64,000 bases of DNA, from contig JBDXHU010000009.1 of NCBI GenBank assembly GCA_039989475.1, positions 537,721-601,720 on the forward strand, written 5' to 3'. The DNA comes from Halieaceae bacterium. Lineage in GTDB: Bacteria; Pseudomonadota; Gammaproteobacteria; Pseudomonadales; Halieaceae. Position numbers and translations under genes: made by a program. Numbering within the stretch: the stretch's first letter is position 1; the number at the start of each line of letters is the position of its first letter. Positions 63,547-64,000 of the stretch are shown piece by piece. The notes beneath the pieces were generated by a model. The model was not told where the DNA came from and ran no database searches. It saw nothing but the letters and a program-made list of their open reading frames with translations.

Positions 63547-64000
63547 TCAGGGTGCCAGGCAGACCATGCAGTGCGCATACACACTGTTGGGGTCGTCCAG
63601 GCTTTGTAGAATCTGTAATCCAGCTTGCAGGCGTGCCTGCCAGGCGGTCAGGGATTGTGGCCAGCCACTACCGGGGCTACCCAGTGTGGCCCGGGCAGAG
63701 CCCATCAGCTGCTGCAATAATAGCTGCCCCGGGTCCGGCGCATCTTCATAGGTGATCGAAATATACTCATCCGGCTGCAGGCCCGCCAATTTCGCCGCCG
63801 CCTTGACCGCCGCGCGGCGACTACCCAGTTGGTCGACCAGGCCCAGTTCCAGTGCATCAGTACCGGCAAAGACACTACCGGTGGCGAGCTTGTAGACGTC
63901 TTCCCTGGGCATTTCACGGCCCTCGGAGACCAGCCCGACAAAACGCTCATAGGTGCTGTCGATCGCGGCCTGGAAGGTCGCACTGACCGCCGGTTGCAAA
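63547..64000 (-). CDS. sppA: Signal peptide peptidase SppA (S49), C-terminal part; the gene continues beyond the right window edge
   Basis: GSVFAGTDALELGLVDQLG and the terminal LDDPNSVYAHCMVCLAP parallel the E. coli SppA C-terminus as remembered. Confidence 0.7.
   Translation of the reverse strand, partial: LQPAVSATFQAAIDSTYERFVGLVSEGREMPREDVYKLATGSVFAGTDALELGLVDQLGSRRAAVKAAAKLAGLQPDEYISITYEDAPDPGQLLLQQLMGSARATLGSPGSGWPQSLTAWQARLQAGLQILQSLDDPNSVYAHCMVCLAP

Noticed and set aside
1-64000. Search for mobile elements, prophage, integrons, toxin-antitoxin pairs, or tRNA/rRNA genes.
   Set aside because: I found no integrase, transposase, recombinase, phage structural gene, small adjacent TA-like ORF pair, or tRNA-like or rRNA-like sequence on either strand. 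The only hint of mobility is the repeat-bracketed 5-kb segment, which is reported as a finding.

Overview
The window reads as a chromosomal, gene-dense (about 90% coding) stretch from a high-GC Gram-negative bacterium. Gene content suggests a marine gammaproteobacterium, but that is inference only. I call about 50 protein genes.

Main gene content:
- Three TonB-dependent receptors (TBDRs).
- Two OMP-less RND/MFP efflux pairs.
- Many redox and lipid-type enzymes: two paralogous ~705-aa OYE+FAD/4Fe-4S flavoenzymes, several SDRs, MaoC hot-dog hydratases, an LLM oxidoreductase and a WS/DGAT wax-ester synthase.
- cysC-sat.
- A two-subunit 2-oxoacid:ferredoxin oxidoreductase followed by a ferritin-like gene.
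- Cyclic-nucleotide signalling proteins: cNMP-HDOD, a stand-alone cNMP-binding protein, and a degenerate GGDEF.
- Housekeeping genes: trmH, a CobB-type sirtuin, dgkA, yeiP, and an sppA fragment.

I saw no rRNA, tRNA, CRISPR array, integrase, transposase or recognisable defence genes.

Features supported directly by the sequence, beyond the ORF track:
- A clear TPP (THI-box) riboswitch leads a TBDR / PnuC-like / kinase / DUF2784-like string.
- Two 16-nt-phased palindromic (REP-like) arrays share an exact 37-mer and tightly bracket a 5.0-kb maoC-RND-MFP segment.
- A 24-25-nt tandem repeat overlaps the stop codon of a TBDR and leaves it with a non-aromatic C-terminus.
- A second tandem repeat (20-21 nt) fills the gap between the ferritin-like gene and the convergent CvfB/YitL-like gene.
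- An untracked 58-codon membrane ORF is translationally coupled between trmH and an EamA transporter.
- One strong intrinsic terminator lies downstream of the third TBDR.

I cannot point to a demonstrably new biological system. The best candidates for follow-up are the repeat-bracketed efflux cassette, the riboswitch-linked DUF2784-like gene, the two TBDR-centred flavoenzyme loci with unknown substrates, and the cNMP-HDOD plus 499-aa unknown protein pair. All functional calls rest on motifs I recognise by eye in the translations. No database search was run.
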